The notes under the pieces: model-generated
Seen by the model: the letters and a program-made list of their open reading frames with translations, nothing else
Database searches by the model: none
Told to the model about the DNA's origin: nothing
In this document: piece by piece, positions 53,066-55,466 of the stretch
Layout: each line of letters begins with the position of its first letter
Numbering within the stretch: the stretch's first letter is position 1
Origin: an uncultured delta proteobacterium
GTDB taxonomy: Bacteria > Myxococcota_A > Polyangia > Polyangiales > JADJMO01
Direction of reading: 5' to 3'
NCBI GenBank assembly: GCA_903923175.1
Contig: CAIXWQ010001095.1
Span: 1-55,466 of the forward strand
DNA: 55,466 nt
Program-made: the position numbers and the translations under genes

Positions 53066-54595
53066 ATGGACCCGACCTCGCGCCGCTCGAACCCGCCGCC
53101 GCACCCGGCCGGCTACCCGGCGATCGAGGACGCCCCGGTGCACCTGGCGCCGGCGGTCGACGTGCGCGAGAGCGTCCGCCGCGCGCGCGAGGAGCTGCTC
53201 GCCGGGGGAGGCGTCGGCGAAGGGGGCTCGCGCTCGTGGCCTTCGCTGCCGATCGCGGCCGGGGCCGCGCCGATCGACGCTCCCACGGTGGGCACCACCG
53301 CGCCCATGGGGCTCCCCGCGGCGCAGGCTCCGGAGGCGATGCCCCCCTCGTCCTCGGGCGGGGCGCTCTACACGCTCGCGTTCCCGGTCGAGGAGCGTCA
53401 GTCGCGCCCGCCGCGCGCGCCTCTGCCCGACACGCGCAGCGCGCCCGGCGCCTCGGACGCGTTCGACGAACCCTTCGAGCCGAGCCCGCAGACCGTCGCG
53501 TTCGAGCCCAAGCCCTGGCTCGCGCCGCGCGTCGCGCCGCCGCAACCGCACGCGCCGCACGAGGGCTGCGAGCCCATCGAGCCGGGCCCGCAGACCGTCG
53601 CCTTCGAACCCACGCCGTGGCCCGGGCTGCGCGTCGAGCCCGCCGAGCGGAGCGAAGCCAGTCGCCGGCCCGAGTCGCCCGAGTCGAGCCTGTCGGGCCC
53701 GCGCACCGTCGCGTTCGAGCCCGCCCACGCCATCGTGCCGCGCGCGTCGATCTCGATCGGCGCGCCGCCGATGCCCACCCAGCCGAGCCAGGAGCCGGAG
53801 CCGGAGCACTGGCCGGAGCCGCTGCCACCGCCGGTTCCCCCCGAGCCGCCGCCTGCCTCGGAGCCGGCTCCTCTGTCGGCGCTCCCGCCGTCGGTGGCGA
53901 TGCCGCTGCACTCGTTCGCCCCCGAGGCCGCGATGCCCCCGGCGCTGGCGCACCTGATCGACGCGCCCGATCCGAGCGGTGAGCGCGGGGCGATCGCCCG
54001 CGATCTCGCGTCGATCGGCGCGCTCGACGAGCGCCCCGATCGCGAGGTGCAGCGCGAGGTCGGCGCGAAGGCGACGCTCGCCCGCGCCCGCACGCTCCGC
54101 TTCCGCCTGACGCTCCTCGACGCGTTCGAGGCCCTCGATCAGGCGCCGCTGCGCCCGGGCTCGATCCCGCCGGGGGTCGTCCCCATCGACGTCGCCATCG
54201 ACGCCGCGCTGCTCGTGGGCTTCGCCGACGGCGCGCCGTTCGTGCGGCACGTGGGCGCGGGCGCCGAGCTGCCGTTCGTGCGCGCGCTCGCGACCTTCAT
54301 GCGCACCGCGCGCCCCGACGTCCCTCGCTCGGTGCTGCGCGAGCGAGGCGCCGCGTCGATCGCCCGGCTCACCGTCGCCGGCTACCCCGCGGCGCTCGAC
54401 GCGCTGATGCGCGCGGCGCTCGAGCTCACGCTCGACGCGCGCGTGGCCGCGCTCGACGCCGCGGCCTTCGTCGCGCTCGTGCCGGCGGCGAACGGCCACC
54501 GGCTCGGCGCGCTCGCCGACCTCGAACGGGCGCTCTCGCTACGGACGGGCTCGGTCGCCCAGGCCCTCGAGCTCGCGCACCGGCGGAGGCGCTGA
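53066..54595 (+). CDS. Hypothetical protein: Pro-rich repeat region plus unknown C-terminal helical domain
   Basis: G/C-ending codons; TATGCT 11 nt before ATG; three (P/G)xQ/RTVAFEP repeats. Confidence 0.7.
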   Translation: MDPTSRRSNPPPHPAGYPAIEDAPVHLAPAVDVRESVRRAREELLAGGGVGEGGSRSWPSLPIAAGAAPIDAPTVGTTAPMGLPAAQAPEAMPPSSSGGALYTLAFPVEERQSRPPRAPLPDTRSAPGASDAFDEPFEPSPQTVAFEPKPWLAPRVAPPQPHAPHEGCEPIEPGPQTVAFEPTPWPGLRVEPAERSEASRRPESPESSLSGPRTVAFEPAHAIVPRASISIGAPPMPTQPSQEPEPEHWPEPLPPPVPPEPPPASEPAPLSALPPSVAMPLHSFAPEAAMPPALAHLIDAPDPSGERGAIARDLASIGALDERPDREVQREVGAKATLARARTLRFRLTLLDAFEALDQAPLRPGSIPPGVVPIDVAIDAALLVGFADGAPFVRHVGAGAELPFVRALATFMRTARPDVPRSVLRERGAASIARLTVAGYPAALDALMRAALELTLDARVAALDAAAFVALVPAANGHRLGALADLERALSLRTGSVAQALELAHRRRR

Positions 54596-54769
54596 AGGGG
54601 CGCGATTCGCGTGCCGATCGGTGGCTGAGCGGGCGCGCGCGCCGCGCGCTCCATCGCGTCATGCGTCCGCGAGCCGCCCGCTGCGACGCCGCCGTTTGCT
54701 GCCGCGCGCCCCCTCCGATAGAGCATCCGGGCAACTACCAGCGCCCCTCGCGGGCGGCAGGAGCCCAAG

Positions 54770-55174
54770 GTGAGCACGAAGGTCCGCATCCTGGTCGCGA
54801 AGCCCGGTCTCGACGGTCACGATCGCGGCGCGAAGGTCGTCGCGCGCGCGCTGCGTGATGCCGGTTTCGAGGTCATCTACACCGGCTTGCACCAGACCCC
54901 CGAGATGATCGCCGCGGCGGCCGTGCAGGAGGACGTCGACGCGATCGGCCTCTCGATCATGAGCGGCGCGCACAACACGCTCTTCCCCGCGGTCATCGAG
55001 GCCCTGCGCGCCAAGGGGGTCACCGACGTGGTCGTCTTCGGCGGCGGCATCATCCCCGACGACGACTTCCAGCGCCTCCACGACGCCGGCGTGAAGGGGC
55101 TGTTCACCCCCGGCACGCCGCTCGGGCAGATCATCGACTGGGTGAAGACCAACGTCACGCCGCGCGCGGCCTGA
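54770..55174 (+). CDS. Cobalamin-binding subunit of a methylmalonyl-CoA-mutase-family acyl-CoA mutase
   Basis: [67 protein letters not shown]. Confidence 0.93.
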   Translation: MSTKVRILVAKPGLDGHDRGAKVVARALRDAGFEVIYTGLHQTPEMIAAAAVQEDVDAIGLSIMSGAHNTLFPAVIEALRAKGVTDVVVFGGGIIPDDDFQRLHDAGVKGLFTPGTPLGQIIDWVKTNVTPRAA

Positions 55175-55186
55175 GCGCGGCCGCGG

Positions 55187-55466
55187 ATGCGCCGCACGAC
55201 GCTCGCCCGCTCGGGCTCGCTCGCTCCTCTCGCTCCTCTCGCTCCGCTCGCGCTCGTCACGCTCGCCACGCTCGTCACGCTCGCGTCGGCGTGCAGCCGG
55301 CGCGCGCCCGAGCCGGACCCCTCGGCTACGTCCGCGTCCGTCTCCGCCGCGGCGTCCCTGAGCGCGCCCGACGCAGCGCTCTCCTTCGGAGCTGCGTCCG
55401 GGCCCGCCGCGGTCCCGCCTGCCCGCTTCGCGCCTCCCCCCGGGATGCACTCGCCCGAGCGACGCC
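55187..55466 (+). CDS. Putative lipoprotein, 3'-partial
   Basis: MRRTTLARSGSLAPLAPLAPLALVTLATLVTLASACSRR (lipobox LASAC); frame stays open to the window end. Confidence 0.65.
   Translation, partial: MRRTTLARSGSLAPLAPLAPLALVTLATLVTLASACSRRAPEPDPSATSASVSAAASLSAPDAALSFGAASGPAAVPPARFAPPPGMHSPERR

Noticed and set aside
54596-54769. Cobalamin riboswitch upstream of the B12-binding gene
   Set aside because: No recognisable B12-box or GCCACTG/GGGAAG core elements, and the region is short.
54770-55174. B12-binding gene as lysine 5,6-aminomutase beta subunit (kamE) partnering kal-kce
   Set aside because: The [12 protein letters not shown] motif and 134-aa size fit the methylmalonyl/isobutyryl-CoA mutase small subunit; there is no KamE N-terminal domain or PLP-lysine region.

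Overview
Very GC-rich bacterial chromosomal segment. Gene content (Cys-rich secreted proteins, PEGA/TPR proteins, Ser/Thr kinases) suggests a myxobacterium, probably Polyangia-like; this is inference. 1-4.2 kb: C-terminal part of an STN-domain protein, a beta-propeller lipoprotein and a P-type ATPase. 4.5-22.3 kb: dcw cluster mraZ-rsmH-ftsL-ftsI-murE-murF-mraY-murD-ftsW-murG-murC-ftsQ-ftsA-ftsZ, without murB/ddl. mraY carries an in-frame TAG exactly at a conserved Trp codon. 22.5-55.5 kb: malic enzyme, PAS hybrid kinase, an operon of fibrinogen-like secreted protein + truncated KdpD-like kinase + KdpE, a candidate structured RNA, SWIM-SNF2 helicase, a Ser/Thr kinase-TPR/PEGA-FGE cassette, a Cys-rich repeat protein, MerR regulator + metal-dependent hydrolase, a tandem pair of paralogous putative outer-membrane beta-barrels, TPR + MopE-motif proteins, priA, a GNAT, a Ser/Thr kinase-degenerate GGDEF-hemerythrin fusion, a Kal-Kce (lysine fermentation) fusion, a Pro-rich unknown, a B12-binding subunit and a partial lipoprotein. 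I saw no rRNA, tRNA, CRISPR array or mobile element. Family calls come from motif recognition by eye, not database searches. Start codons were refined from the ORF track by inspection.
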